This document shows positions 9,557 through 19,376 of a stretch of DNA of 56,071 nucleotides, piece after piece (the first letter of the stretch is position 1; each line of letters begins with the position of its first letter). The translations under genes and the position numbers were made by a program. The notes beneath the pieces are model-generated. The model ran no database searches, had not been told where the DNA came from, and was given only the letters and a program-made list of their open reading frames with translations. The DNA is from an uncultured Oscillospiraceae bacterium (GTDB lineage: Bacteria; Bacillota; Clostridia; Christensenellales; CAG-138): assembly GCA_964437665.1 (NCBI GenBank), contig CAYTHS010000005.1, positions 1 through 56,071 on the forward strand, written 5' to 3'.

Positions 9557-10252
9557 TTACTCGTAAACGGATTCCACCGAAACCACGCCTTCTATCCTGG
9601 AAAGGCACTCCATCAGCGGCGTGAGGTCGTTCCGGTTTGGCAGCAGCAGGTGCAGATAGACATGCCGCTTAAGATGGTTTGCGTCGATTGCGAAGCTGAA
9701 CTCCTCGATGACGCAGCCCATCCGCTGCAGATCGCCCTGCAGCGATACCAGGCTGTCGCCTTCCATGGAAAGCACAATCTGCATGATGATCCGGTTGCTC
9801 TTTTTGCGCTGTTTATGTGCGATATTGCGCAACACGCGCAGCACAATGATAACCACGGCGCTCACGGCGATTGCCAGCAGGTAGCTGCCGCAGCCCGCCG
9901 CAAGTCCGATACACGAAACACACCAGAGACTGGCAGCCGTGGTCAGCCCGCGCACGGATATGCCCTCCTTGATGATGGTGCCCGCGCCTAAAAAGCCGAT
10001 GCCGCTGATAACCTGGGCGCCCATACGCGCGGGGTCAATGTTCGTTGACCCGAATTTATTCATCAGGTATTCGCCGCAGCACATCACCAACGCCGCCCCG
10101 ACGGCAACCAGGATATGCGTACGCATGCCCGCGTTGCGCTGTACATGCTCCCTCTCATAACCGATCACCCCGCCAAGCGCGGCGGCAAGCAGCACACGCC
10201 CGAACATGATGAGCATTTCCAACCCGTTTGCTAGGTTCAGCGTCATGAACAA
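9557..10252 (-). CDS. MgtC/SapB family membrane protein with C-terminal ACT-like domain
   Basis: IGYERE, AGMRTH, DPARMGAQVISGIGFLGAGTI and GLTTAASLW. Confidence 0.92.
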   Translation of the reverse strand: MFMTLNLANGLEMLIMFGRVLLAAALGGVIGYEREHVQRNAGMRTHILVAVGAALVMCCGEYLMNKFGSTNIDPARMGAQVISGIGFLGAGTIIKEGISVRGLTTAASLWCVSCIGLAAGCGSYLLAIAVSAVVIIVLRVLRNIAHKQRKKSNRIIMQIVLSMEGDSLVSLQGDLQRMGCVIEEFSFAIDANHLKRHVYLHLLLPNRNDLTPLMECLSRIEGVVSVESVYE

Positions 10253-10503
10253 CCAACTCCTCCCTCAGTTCCTTCCGGGAATACAATCATTAGCCCGTTT
10301 TGTGTTTCCGCTTTCAACGGACGATAAAATACCTTTCAATTGACATGTATATAAAACGATTGTAAAGCCCGCGTCAAGTTTTCGTCAAGCGCGAGAAACA
10401 AAAGACGGCCGGCCTTCCCGATGTCCATACGGGAGAAGACCGGCCAAACACGCCGCGGGGGGAGCGAATCCCCGCGGCGCACGGGAGCGTCAAATCGCCG
10501 GCG

Positions 10504-12081
10504 CTAAACCGCGCTTGCGCCGTAGTTGGAGAGCACCCGCGCGGAAGGATCGCTTACGTCGCAGCCCTCCCAGGCACGGTTCGGCATCCAGAAGTCCTTT
10601 ACCATATGCGACTGCCCCGGGTATTCGGCCTCAAAGAGTTCCCGGTAGAGCAGCGATTCCTTGGTGAACGGCTTTGCGAACGTGTATTTCGCACTACGTT
10701 CTTCAAACTCTCTGTCCGAATAAAGCTTCTCGGCATACGCTTTGATCTGGTCCACCATAGAGTGTCCAACGGCGTCGGAAAACGCCGCCTTTTCACGATA
10801 CAGTATATCGTGCGGCAGATAGTCGCCTTCAAATGCGCGGCGGAGCAGGTATTTTCCCTTCCCGAAGCGATTCATCTTAAGCGCCGGATCGACCTGCATC
10901 ACGTATTTCACAAAATCCAGATCGCCGAACGGCACGCGCGCCTCCAGCGAATTGGCGGAAATGCAGCGGTCCGCGCGGAGCACGTCGTACATATAGATTT
11001 CGTCGATACGCTTTTTGGCTTCCTTCTGGAACGCTTCTTCGTCAGGTGCAAAATCCGTGTACTTATACCCGAACAGCTCGTCCGAAATCTCGCCGGTGAG
11101 CAGCACGCGGATATTCGTGTTTTCGTGGATGTATTTGCACACGAGATACATCCCGACGCTCGCGCGGACCGTCGTGATGTCATAGGTTTCCAGTACGCGT
11201 ACAACCGTACGCAGCGCGCCGACAACCTCCTGCACCGTCATGATGACGTCGGTATGTTCGGCTCCAAGGTATTCCGCAACCTGCCGTGCATATTTCAGGT
11301 CGATCGCGTCGTCCCGCATACCGATGGAGAACGTACGGATGGGTCCCGGCAGGTATTTGTTGGCGATTGCGCATACCAGCGAGCTGTCCAGCCCGCCGCT
11401 GAGCAGAAAACCGACCGGCACGTCCGCGTCCAGGCGCTTGACGACGCCAAGCGAAAGTTTTTCGCGGATATTGTCGCAAACCGCGTCAAGATCGTCGTCG
11501 GAATAACGCGCAACGTCCGTAAGGTTTGCATACTGAACAAACTCGCCGTCTTTCCAGTAATGTCCCGGCGGGAACGGGCGAACGGTCTCCACGAGGCCCA
11601 CGAGGTTTTTCGCCTCGCTGGCAAAGAGGATTTTGCCGTCCACGTCGTATCCGTAAAACAGCGGACGAATGCCGATGGGGTCGCGGGCGGCAATGAGGGA
11701 GTCGGTTTTATGATCGTAAATAATCAGCGCATACTCCGCGTCCAGCATGGCAAACATGTCCGTTCCGTAACGCTGAAACATGGGTAAAAGCAGTTCGCAG
11801 TCCGAGCCGCTCTTGAAATCGAACCCGGAAAACAGCGCGTCGCGCATCTTCCGGAAGCCGTAGAGTTCGCCGTTGCACACAACCGCGTCCCCATTGAGCT
11901 CGAACGGCTGCATGCCGCTCTTTTCCAGCCCCATAATCGTAAGACGGTGAAACATCAGGTATCCGTCTCCGACGCTCAGCATCCGCGAAAGGTCGGGCCC
12001 CCGCGATATCGTTTTATAAAATCCGTCGACCAGCAGGTCCAGCGAGATCCGCTTGCCCAGATATCCCATAATTGAACACAT
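10504..12081 (-). CDS. asnB: Asparagine synthase B (glutamine-hydrolysing)
   Basis: N-terminal Cys (MCSIMG), RGPD, CNGELY, RDPIGIRPLFY, LSGGLDSS and LEARVPF. Confidence 0.95.
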   Translation of the reverse strand: MCSIMGYLGKRISLDLLVDGFYKTISRGPDLSRMLSVGDGYLMFHRLTIMGLEKSGMQPFELNGDAVVCNGELYGFRKMRDALFSGFDFKSGSDCELLLPMFQRYGTDMFAMLDAEYALIIYDHKTDSLIAARDPIGIRPLFYGYDVDGKILFASEAKNLVGLVETVRPFPPGHYWKDGEFVQYANLTDVARYSDDDLDAVCDNIREKLSLGVVKRLDADVPVGFLLSGGLDSSLVCAIANKYLPGPIRTFSIGMRDDAIDLKYARQVAEYLGAEHTDVIMTVQEVVGALRTVVRVLETYDITTVRASVGMYLVCKYIHENTNIRVLLTGEISDELFGYKYTDFAPDEEAFQKEAKKRIDEIYMYDVLRADRCISANSLEARVPFGDLDFVKYVMQVDPALKMNRFGKGKYLLRRAFEGDYLPHDILYREKAAFSDAVGHSMVDQIKAYAEKLYSDREFEERSAKYTFAKPFTKESLLYRELFEAEYPGQSHMVKDFWMPNRAWEGCDVSDPSARVLSNYGASAV

Positions 12082-12103
12082 TTGTCGTCGCCTCCCGCGG
12101 TTT

Positions 12104-14203
12104 CTATCTCACGCCGAAGAGCAGTTCGCCGTACGTCGGGTACGGCCAGTCGCTCGTAGCGATCAGGGTTTCCAGCGCGTCGGCGCTGGCACGCAGTTCG
12201 TTCATCTTCGGCAGCAGTCCGTCTTTGCAGAGTTGCGCCGCTTTTTTCGTATCTTCCTCGGCCTCGGCTTTGACTTCGGTCAGCACGTCTTCCAGCGCCT
12301 TAACGCTTTCATAAGCGGCCTTAGTCAGCGCCGCCGCCGTTTCCATCGTTTCAACTTCATATGTGCAGTCCGCCATGCTGCCGGCCGCACGTTTTGCCGC
12401 GATGGTTTCGGCGAGTTTGCGCTGGTACGAGCAGGACGCCGGCAGCATATCGCGCCGCGTCATATCCAGCATCGTCATGGCTTCGATGCAGACGATCTTC
12501 TTATAATTCTCCATCATGATTTCATAACGTGCTTTCAGCTCGCTTTCGCTGAGCACGCGGTGCGACCCGAAGAGTTCGATATTCTTCGGCGAAATCAAAT
12601 ACGGCAGGCAGTCCGGCGTGGTTTTCAGGTTGAGCAGGCCGCGTTTCTGCGCCTCTTTCACCCAGGCTTCGTCATAACCGTTGCCGTTGAAGATGATCCG
12701 CTTATGCTCGTGAATCACGCTCTCAATCAGCGCGTGCAGCGCGCTCGGCAGGTCCGTGGCGGATTCCAGCGCGTCGGCATATTTGCGCAGGGATTCCGCA
12801 ACCGCGGTATTGAGCACCATGTTCGCATCCGAAACCGACTGGCTCGAACCAAGCATGCGCAGTTCAAATTTATTGCCCGTAAACGCAAACGGCGAAGTCC
12901 GGTTGCGGTCGGTCGTATCCTTCGGGAAATGCGGGATCACATGCACGCCGATCTTCATCTGCTTCTTTTCACGCCCGCCATAGGCGGCGCCAGTGTCAAG
13001 CGCCTCCAGGATTTCAAACAGCTCGTCGCCGACAAAGATGGAAACAATCGCCGGAGGGGCCTCGTTCGCCCCGAGGCGGTGGTCATTCCCTGCGCTCGCC
13101 ACCGAAACGCGAAGCAGATCCTGATAATCGTCCACCGCCTGAATCACCGCGCAGAGGAAGAGAAGGAACTGCGCGTTCTCGAAAGGCGTTTCCCCCGGTT
13201 CAAGCAGGTTCACGCCGGCGTCCGTCGACATCGACCAGTTATTGTGCTTACCGCTGCCGTTGACGCCGGCAAACGGTTTCTCATGCAGCAGGCAGACCAG
13301 CCCGTGCTTTTTGGCGACGCGCTGCATGACCTCCATCGTCAGCTGGTTATGGTCAGCCGCAATATTTGTCGTAGTAAAAATCGGCGCGAGTTCGTGCTGT
13401 GCGGGCGCAACTTCGTTGTGCTCGGTCTTGGCAAACACGCCGAGTTCCCAAAGCTCGCTGTTGAGGTCTTCCATAAAGGCCTGCACCCGCGGCTTAATTG
13501 ACCCGAAATAATGGTCGTCAAGCTCCTGTCCCTTTGGCGCGCGCGTTCCGCAGAGCGTCCGGCCGGTATAAATCAAATCCGGGCGGCGGTCGTACAGCGC
13601 CTTGTCGATCAGGAAATATTCCTGTTCGGTCCCGACGGTAGTGACGACCTTAGTCACATCCGTGTTGCCGAAAAGCTTGAGGATACGCATCGCCTGCTTG
13701 TCGATGGCTTCCATGGACCGCAGCAGCGGAGTTTTTTTATCAAGCGCTTCACCGCCGTAGGAACAGAACGCCGTCGGGATACAGAGCACTTTTTCCTTTA
13801 TAAACGCGTGACTGGTCGGGTCCCACGCGGTATAGCCGCGCGCCTCGAACGTCGCCCGGAGCCCGCCGGAAGGGAAGCTGGACGCGTCGGGTTCCCCGCG
13901 GACAAGCTCTTTGCCGGAAAATTCCATGATAATGCCGTCGCCGGGGATGGGCGAAATGAAACTGTCGTGCTTCTCCGCTGTAATGCCGGTCAGCGGCTGG
14001 AACCAGTGCGTGAAGTGCGTTGCGCCCTTTTCGATCGCCCAGTCCTTCATCGCATTGGCCACGACGTTCGCCACGGAAAGATCCAGCCGCCGCCCCGCGC
14101 GGATTGCGGTTTGCATCGCCTCATATGTATCTTTCGGCAGCCGCGCCTTCATCACCGCATCGTTAAACACCTTGCAGCCAAAAGCTTCCGTTACCTTACC
14201 CAT
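12104..14203 (-). CDS. glnA: Glutamine synthetase type III
   Basis: [48 protein letters not shown] and [16 protein letters not shown]; start MGKV after GGAGGGAG. Confidence 0.95.
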   Translation of the reverse strand: MGKVTEAFGCKVFNDAVMKARLPKDTYEAMQTAIRAGRRLDLSVANVVANAMKDWAIEKGATHFTHWFQPLTGITAEKHDSFISPIPGDGIIMEFSGKELVRGEPDASSFPSGGLRATFEARGYTAWDPTSHAFIKEKVLCIPTAFCSYGGEALDKKTPLLRSMEAIDKQAMRILKLFGNTDVTKVVTTVGTEQEYFLIDKALYDRRPDLIYTGRTLCGTRAPKGQELDDHYFGSIKPRVQAFMEDLNSELWELGVFAKTEHNEVAPAQHELAPIFTTTNIAADHNQLTMEVMQRVAKKHGLVCLLHEKPFAGVNGSGKHNNWSMSTDAGVNLLEPGETPFENAQFLLFLCAVIQAVDDYQDLLRVSVASAGNDHRLGANEAPPAIVSIFVGDELFEILEALDTGAAYGGREKKQMKIGVHVIPHFPKDTTDRNRTSPFAFTGNKFELRMLGSSQSVSDANMVLNTAVAESLRKYADALESATDLPSALHALIESVIHEHKRIIFNGNGYDEAWVKEAQKRGLLNLKTTPDCLPYLISPKNIELFGSHRVLSESELKARYEIMMENYKKIVCIEAMTMLDMTRRDMLPASCSYQRKLAETIAAKRAAGSMADCTYEVETMETAAALTKAAYESVKALEDVLTEVKAEAEEDTKKAAQLCKDGLLPKMNELRASADALETLIATSDWPYPTYGELLFGVR

Positions 14204-14240
14204 TTTAAATGCTCCCTCCTGTTTCCTCTCTATGCCTCTT

Positions 14241-14288
14241 AAAAAAAGAGGCAACGACACCACGGTCACTTCCGCGGCGCCTTTGCCG
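14241..14288 (-). promoter_or_regulatory. Leader terminator with overlapping ANTAR-type hairpin upstream of GSIII
   Basis: Minus strand CGGC-AAAGGC-GCCG (6-nt loop with A1/G4) overlaps the 5' arm of GGCAAAGGCGCCGCGG-aagtga-CCGTGGTGTCGTTGCC-TCTTTTTTT. Confidence 0.7.
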
Positions 14289-14308
14289 TTTTGAAATAAT
14301 ATGCGGGT

Positions 14309-14337
14309 ATTATACAGCGGGGCGGAAAACTTGTCAA
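14309..14337 (-). promoter_or_regulatory. Consensus sigma-A promoter of the GSIII-asnB operon
   Basis: TTGACA-N17-TATAAT on the minus strand. Confidence 0.85.
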
Positions 14338-14463
14338 TCCCAAAATTATGCAGGATTTCTTTCATATCACTTCACTTTCCTGCACGTATTTCTTTTTTGT
14401 AACACCAAAAATATTTAGATTGTTGATTTTTGCAGTTTTTAAGTATATATCATTCATTTTTAC

Positions 14464-14493
14464 TTGACATTCATATTGTGAATTATGTATACT
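14464..14493 (+). promoter_or_regulatory. Sigma-A promoter of the glutamate synthase operon
   Basis: TTGACA-N18-TATACT. Confidence 0.75.
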
Positions 14494-14500
14494 GCGCAAT

Positions 14501-14589
14501 AACAACGGCGTTCATCCTGCGGGCCAATCGCCCACTGTGTGAGCGCTTTTTGCGCAAGCGCGGCCGATTGGCCCGTTGTATAATTTTTT
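14501..14589 (+). promoter_or_regulatory. ANTAR-type hairpin plus leader terminator-like stem
   Basis: AAC-AACGGC-GTT (A1/G4 loop) at 14501-14512; CGGGCCAATCG (14520-14530) pairs with CGATTGGCCCG (14565-14575), followed by a T-rich tract. Confidence 0.55.
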
Positions 14590-14669
14590 GGAGCCGCCGC
14601 GGCAGCGAAACGCACCCCGCTGCACGCATGGCAAAGCCGTTGTATAACGCGGAAGGGGAAACAAAAGAA

Positions 14670-15773
14670 ATGGCGTTGCGGGAGGGAGAAATCCGCATTC
14701 CGTCCGGCTGTGCGATCGCCGGGGTTTTCGCAAAGGATGGCTCGCTCATCCCCGGGAATCTGGTGTCGCGGGCGATGACAAGCATGCACGAGCGCTCCAA
14801 CGGCCTTGGCGGCGGGTTTGCCGGATACGGCATCTACCCGCAGAACAGGGAGTTTTACGCGCTTCATATTTTTTATAACGACACGGACGCCCGGTCCGCC
14901 TGTGAAAAGTATCTCGACCACGTGTTCGAGGTGGTCAACCTTTCGAAAATTCCGATCCGGAAAACGAAAAAAATCACGGACGAGCCGCTCATCTGGCGCT
15001 ATTTCGTCGCGCCGCACCCCAACCGCCTGCGCGACAGCCAGCTCGACGAGAAGGAGTACGTCGCGCGCGCGGTAATCCGCATCAACTCCACGTTTACCGG
15101 GTGTTTCGTCTTCTCCAGCGGCAAGAACATGGGCGTGTTCAAAGGCGTAGGCTACCCGGAAGACATCGGCAACTTCTACCGGCTTGACGAATACGAAGGC
15201 TACTGCTGGACCGCGCACGGACGTTACCCGACCAACACGCCGGGCTGGTGGGGCGGTGCGCACCCGTTTGCGCTGCTCGACTACTCGATCGTCCACAACG
15301 GCGAGATCTCCAGCTACGACGCAAACCGCCGTTTCATCGAAATGTTCGGCTACCGTTGCACGCTGCAGACGGACACCGAGGTTCTGACCTATATCGCCGA
15401 TTATCTGCTCAGAAAGGTGCGTCTGACGCTGAACGAGTTTGCAAGCGTGATCGCCGCACCGTTCTGGAGCACCATCGCAATGAAGGACGAAGCCGAGCAA
15501 AAACGCCTGACCTATCTGCGCAACGTCTTCGGCAGCCTGCTCGTCACGGGACCGTTTTCCATCCTGCTCGGGTTTGGGGGCGGCATGCTCGCGCTCAACG
15601 ACCGGCTCAAACTTCGCTCCTTGGTGGTCGGCGAACGCGGCGAAATGGTATATGTCGCCAGCGAGGAATGCGCTATACGCTATATGGAGCCCGTGCTCGA
15701 CCGTCTCTACGCACCGCGCGGCGGCGAACCCGTAATCGTTACCCTGAACGGAGGTGCCGAGCAGTGCCTGTAA
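14670..15773 (+). CDS. Class II glutamine amidotransferase subunit of a split glutamate synthase (GltB1/GlxB-like)
   Basis: PSGCAIAG, HERSNGLGGG, HGRYPTNT, AHPF, VHNGEISSY, TDTEV and DRLKLR. Confidence 0.88.
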   Translation: MALREGEIRIPSGCAIAGVFAKDGSLIPGNLVSRAMTSMHERSNGLGGGFAGYGIYPQNREFYALHIFYNDTDARSACEKYLDHVFEVVNLSKIPIRKTKKITDEPLIWRYFVAPHPNRLRDSQLDEKEYVARAVIRINSTFTGCFVFSSGKNMGVFKGVGYPEDIGNFYRLDEYEGYCWTAHGRYPTNTPGWWGGAHPFALLDYSIVHNGEISSYDANRRFIEMFGYRCTLQTDTEVLTYIADYLLRKVRLTLNEFASVIAAPFWSTIAMKDEAEQKRLTYLRNVFGSLLVTGPFSILLGFGGGMLALNDRLKLRSLVVGERGEMVYVASEECAIRYMEPVLDRLYAPRGGEPVIVTLNGGAEQCL

Positions 15774-17269
15774 TGGAAATTTACCCTGAATTTGAATTAA
15801 TCCGCGACGAAAGGCGCTGCACCAACTGCCGCATCTGCGAACGCCAGTGTGCAAACGGCGTGCATCGTTTCGACGCGCGGACGGGCCGCATGATCGCGGA
15901 CGAAACCAAATGCGTGGACTGTCAGCGCTGTGTGGCCTACTGTCCGGCGCATGCGCTCAAAATCGTGAAAAATCCCAACTCCTGCCGCGAAAACCGCAAC
16001 TGGAGCTGCGATACCATCAAGGAAATTTACCGTCAGGCGGACAGCGGCGGCGTGTTGCTCTCCTCCATGGGAAACTCCCGGGACTACCCCGTTTACTGGG
16101 ACCGTCTGCTCGTCAACGCCTCTCAGGTGACCAACCCCTCCATCGACCCGCTGCGCGAACCGATGGAAACGCGCGTTTTCCTCGGCAAAAAGCCTACGTC
16201 TATTGCACGCACGGAGGACGGCGCGCTCGTACCCGACCTGCCGCCGCAGATCAAACTTGATCTGCCGATCCTGTTTTCGGCAATGAGCTACGGCTCGGTC
16301 AGCCGCAACGTACACGAGGCGCTCGCGCGCGCGGCAACGGAACTCGGCACCTGCTACAACACAGGCGAGGGCGGGCTGCATGAGTCGCTCTACCCTTTCG
16401 TCGGCAACACGATCGTACAGGTCGCTTCCGGCCGTTTCGGCGTGCATAAGGAATATCTCAACGCCGGCGCTGCCATCGAAATCAAGATGGGCCAGGGCGC
16501 AAAACCCGGCATCGGCGGCCATCTGCCCGGCGCGAAAATCGTCGGCGACGTGTCCAAAACGCGCATGATCCCGGAAGGATCGGACGCGATCTCCCCCGCG
16601 CCGCACCACGATATTTATTCCATTGAAGACCTGCAGCAACTCGTGTATTCTTTAAAGGAAGCGAGCGGCTATCAAAAACCGATTATCGTCAAGGTCGCGG
16701 CCGTGCATAACATCGCCGCAATCGCAAGCGGCATCGCGCGCAGCGGCGCGGACATCATCGCCATCGACGGCTTCCGCGGCGGCACCGGCGCGGCGCCGAC
16801 ACGCATCCGCGACAACGTCGGCATCCCCATCGAGCTTGCACTCGCCTCGGTGGACGCGCGCCTGCGCGAGGAGGGCATCCGCAACAACGTATCCCTCGTC
16901 GTCGGCGGCAGCATCCGCTCCAGCGCGGACGCGGTCAAAGCAATCGCGCTCGGCGCAGACACGGTCTATATCGGCACCGCGGCGCTGATCGCGCTCGGCT
17001 GCCACCTCTGCCGTTCCTGCCACAAGGGCATCTGTAACTGGGGCATCGCAACCCAGCGGCCGGACCTCGTCGGCCGCCTCGACCCGGAAGAAGGCGCGAA
17101 GCGTCTCGTCAACCTCGTGACCGCCTGGAACCGCGAAATCAAGGAATTCCTCGGCGGCATGGGCATCAACTCCATCGAGGCGCTCTGCGGCAACCGCGCC
17201 ATGCTCCGTGGCGTCGGCCTCAACGAAGCGGAACTGCGTGTGCTCGGCGTCAGGCACGCAGGAGAGTAG
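15764..17269 (+). CDS. FMN-binding glutamate synthase subunit with N-terminal 2x[4Fe-4S] (GltB2/GlxD-like)
   Basis: CTNCRICERQC, CVDCQRCVAYCP, AMSYGS, NTGEGG, QVASGRFGV, EIKMGQGAKPGIGGHLPG and CHLCRSCHKGIC; GTG start after GGAGGT (alternative ATG at 15773). Confidence 0.92.
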   Translation: MPVMEIYPEFELIRDERRCTNCRICERQCANGVHRFDARTGRMIADETKCVDCQRCVAYCPAHALKIVKNPNSCRENRNWSCDTIKEIYRQADSGGVLLSSMGNSRDYPVYWDRLLVNASQVTNPSIDPLREPMETRVFLGKKPTSIARTEDGALVPDLPPQIKLDLPILFSAMSYGSVSRNVHEALARAATELGTCYNTGEGGLHESLYPFVGNTIVQVASGRFGVHKEYLNAGAAIEIKMGQGAKPGIGGHLPGAKIVGDVSKTRMIPEGSDAISPAPHHDIYSIEDLQQLVYSLKEASGYQKPIIVKVAAVHNIAAIASGIARSGADIIAIDGFRGGTGAAPTRIRDNVGIPIELALASVDARLREEGIRNNVSLVVGGSIRSSADAVKAIALGADTVYIGTAALIALGCHLCRSCHKGICNWGIATQRPDLVGRLDPEEGAKRLVNLVTAWNREIKEFLGGMGINSIEALCGNRAMLRGVGLNEAELRVLGVRHAGE

Positions 17270-17348
17270 TAAGTAGTTTTTAAACGCGCTGTTCCTTTAT
17301 ACGGCGTCTCCGGTTTCCACATGGACAAAGATTGAAAAGGTGAACGAT

Positions 17349-18089
17349 ATGGAACAAAACCAACCCCGGCAAGTACGTCGCATCGACGCGCGCGGTACGG
17401 ACTATCAGGCGCTCAACGCCTGCATCCGCCAGGCCGCTTCGGACGTGGAAATCGTCGGCGCGCTCGGCCAGCGTTACCTCGGCGACGCGCTGGACAGCGG
17501 CACGCTCACTATCCGCGGAACGGCGGGCAACGCGCTCGGCGCATACCTCAACGGCGGCAGAATCGTCGTTTACGGCAACGCGCAGGACGCTGCGGGCGAC
17601 ACCATGAACAAGGGCGAAATCATCGTCCACGGCTCGGTCGGCGACACGGTCGGCTACAGCATGCGCGGCGGCTGCATCTACGTGCGCGACAGCGCGGGTT
17701 ACCGCGCGGGGGTGCACATGAAGGCATACGGCGACACCGCGCCGGTTTTAGTCGTAGGCGGCCGGTGCGGGAGCTTCCTCGGCGAATATCAGGCCGGCGG
17801 CACCATCATAGTGCTCGGCCTCGATCAGGCGGGCGAAGTGCTCGGCTATTTCTGCGGAACGGGCATGCATGGCGGGTCGATTTACGTGCGCGGTGAAATC
17901 AAGCGCGAAAAATTCCCGCGGCAGGTGCGCGTATGCGAAGCAAACGCGGAAGACCTGGCCAAAATCGAACCGTACCTGAAACGCTACACCGCGCTTTTCC
18001 ACAGGAAAATCCCAAACGACGGCAAGCCGTTCTGGCTGCTTACACCGAATTCCAACGATCCATACCGTCAGCTTTATGTGACTAACTGA
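17349..18089 (+). CDS. GXGXG beta-helix glutamate synthase subunit (GltB3/GlxC-like)
   Basis: Repeated G..GN/D..G..M.GG.I.V.G units; GEYQAGG and GTGMHGG. Confidence 0.88.
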   Translation: MEQNQPRQVRRIDARGTDYQALNACIRQAASDVEIVGALGQRYLGDALDSGTLTIRGTAGNALGAYLNGGRIVVYGNAQDAAGDTMNKGEIIVHGSVGDTVGYSMRGGCIYVRDSAGYRAGVHMKAYGDTAPVLVVGGRCGSFLGEYQAGGTIIVLGLDQAGEVLGYFCGTGMHGGSIYVRGEIKREKFPRQVRVCEANAEDLAKIEPYLKRYTALFHRKIPNDGKPFWLLTPNSNDPYRQLYVTN

Positions 18090-18138
18090 CGCAGCCGGTA
18101 TTCCAGCAGATTAAACTAAGAGAGGATGCAGAAACAGG

Positions 18139-19353
18139 ATGTATACCGCACAGGACATCATCGATTATGCCGCCGCGGAGGACGTGAAGTTTATTCGTCT
18201 CGCCTTCTGCGACGTTTTCGGCACGCAAAAAAACATCTCGATTATGCCGGAAGAACTGCCGCGTGCATTCTCCAGCGGCATATCCATCGACGCTTCGGCC
18301 ATCCGCGGGTTCGGGGACGAAGCGCACAGCGACCTTCTGCTGCATCCCGATCCGCAGACGCTCACCGCCCTGCCCTGGCGGCCCAGTCACGGCCGCGTCG
18401 TGCGGCTTTTTGCAGATATTCTGCGCTCGGACGGTACGCCGTTTCCGCTGGATGCGCGCAGCTTCCTGAAAAACACGATCGCCAAAGCCGCCGGAGAGGG
18501 CCTTGTCGTCAATTTCGGCGCCGAATTTGAATTTTATCTCTTCCGCCTCGACGAGGCAGGCAATCCGACGGACGTACCCTGCGACAACGCGCGTTATATG
18601 GACATCGCGCCGCTTGACCATGGCGAAAACGTCCGCCGTGAAATTTGCCTCACGCTCAGCGAAATGGGCGTCCATCCCGAGAGTTCGCATCACGAAAACG
18701 GGCCCGGTCAGAACGAAATCGATTTCCGCTATGGCGACGCATTGAGCGCGGCGGACAATGCGGTCACATTTGCGGCCGTCGTACGCACCGTCGCCATGCG
18801 AAACGGACTGTTCGCCGACTTTTCACCCAAACCGCTGCCGGGGGAAAGCGGCAACGGCCTGCATATCAACCTTTCGCTCGCCGCGCCGCATACGCAGGAC
18901 GCACGCGACGCGTTTATGGCGGGGCTGATGGAACATATCGCGGAAATCACGGCGTTTCTCAATCCCACGGAGGCGTCTTATGCGCGTCTCGGCGAGCACA
19001 AAGCGCCGCGGTACATCACCTGGTCGCCGGAAAACCGTTCACAGCTCATCCGCATCCCCGCGGCAAAAGGGGAATTCGAGCGCATCGAGTTGCGTTCCCC
19101 CGACCCCGCGTGCAATCCCTACCTTGCGTTCGCGCTGATTCTGCGCGCCGGCCTGGACGGCGTAAAGCGCGGGCTCGTTCCGCCGCCGCCGACCAACGTC
19201 AACCTTTTCACGGCGGACGCTTCGGTCACAATGGGACTAAAACAACTCCCCGCAACGCACGAGGCTGCGTTTGCCGCCGCGTCGGAGAGCGAATTTATCC
19301 GCGCGGTACTGCCGGAAGGGATCCTGAACGCTTACGCTTCCTGCGGCAATTGA
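18139..19353 (+). CDS. Glutamine synthetase type I-like protein, possibly catalytically degenerate
   Basis: VKFIRLAFCD..G..K, GAEFEFYLF, HHENGPGQNEI, PKP, NRSQLIRIP and RIELRSPDP..NPYL; flap motif reads EHKAP rather than GYEAP. Confidence 0.88.
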   Translation: MYTAQDIIDYAAAEDVKFIRLAFCDVFGTQKNISIMPEELPRAFSSGISIDASAIRGFGDEAHSDLLLHPDPQTLTALPWRPSHGRVVRLFADILRSDGTPFPLDARSFLKNTIAKAAGEGLVVNFGAEFEFYLFRLDEAGNPTDVPCDNARYMDIAPLDHGENVRREICLTLSEMGVHPESSHHENGPGQNEIDFRYGDALSAADNAVTFAAVVRTVAMRNGLFADFSPKPLPGESGNGLHINLSLAAPHTQDARDAFMAGLMEHIAEITAFLNPTEASYARLGEHKAPRYITWSPENRSQLIRIPAAKGEFERIELRSPDPACNPYLAFALILRAGLDGVKRGLVPPPPTNVNLFTADASVTMGLKQLPATHEAAFAAASESEFIRAVLPEGILNAYASCGN

Positions 19354-19376
19354 AATTTTAACGGGAGGCGAACTAT

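Noticed and set aside
10253-10503. M-box riboswitch upstream of mgtC
   Set aside because: No recognisable ykoK core; the hairpins at about 10406-10480 are better explained as asnB terminators.
14204-14669. N-terminal extensions in the ORF track (GSIII from 14365, amidotransferase from 14430)
   Set aside because: They overlap promoters and leaders; downstream starts with an RBS fit the family N-termini. The same reasoning was used for ychF, cca, nfnB, DUF4180, NusG-II and dinB.
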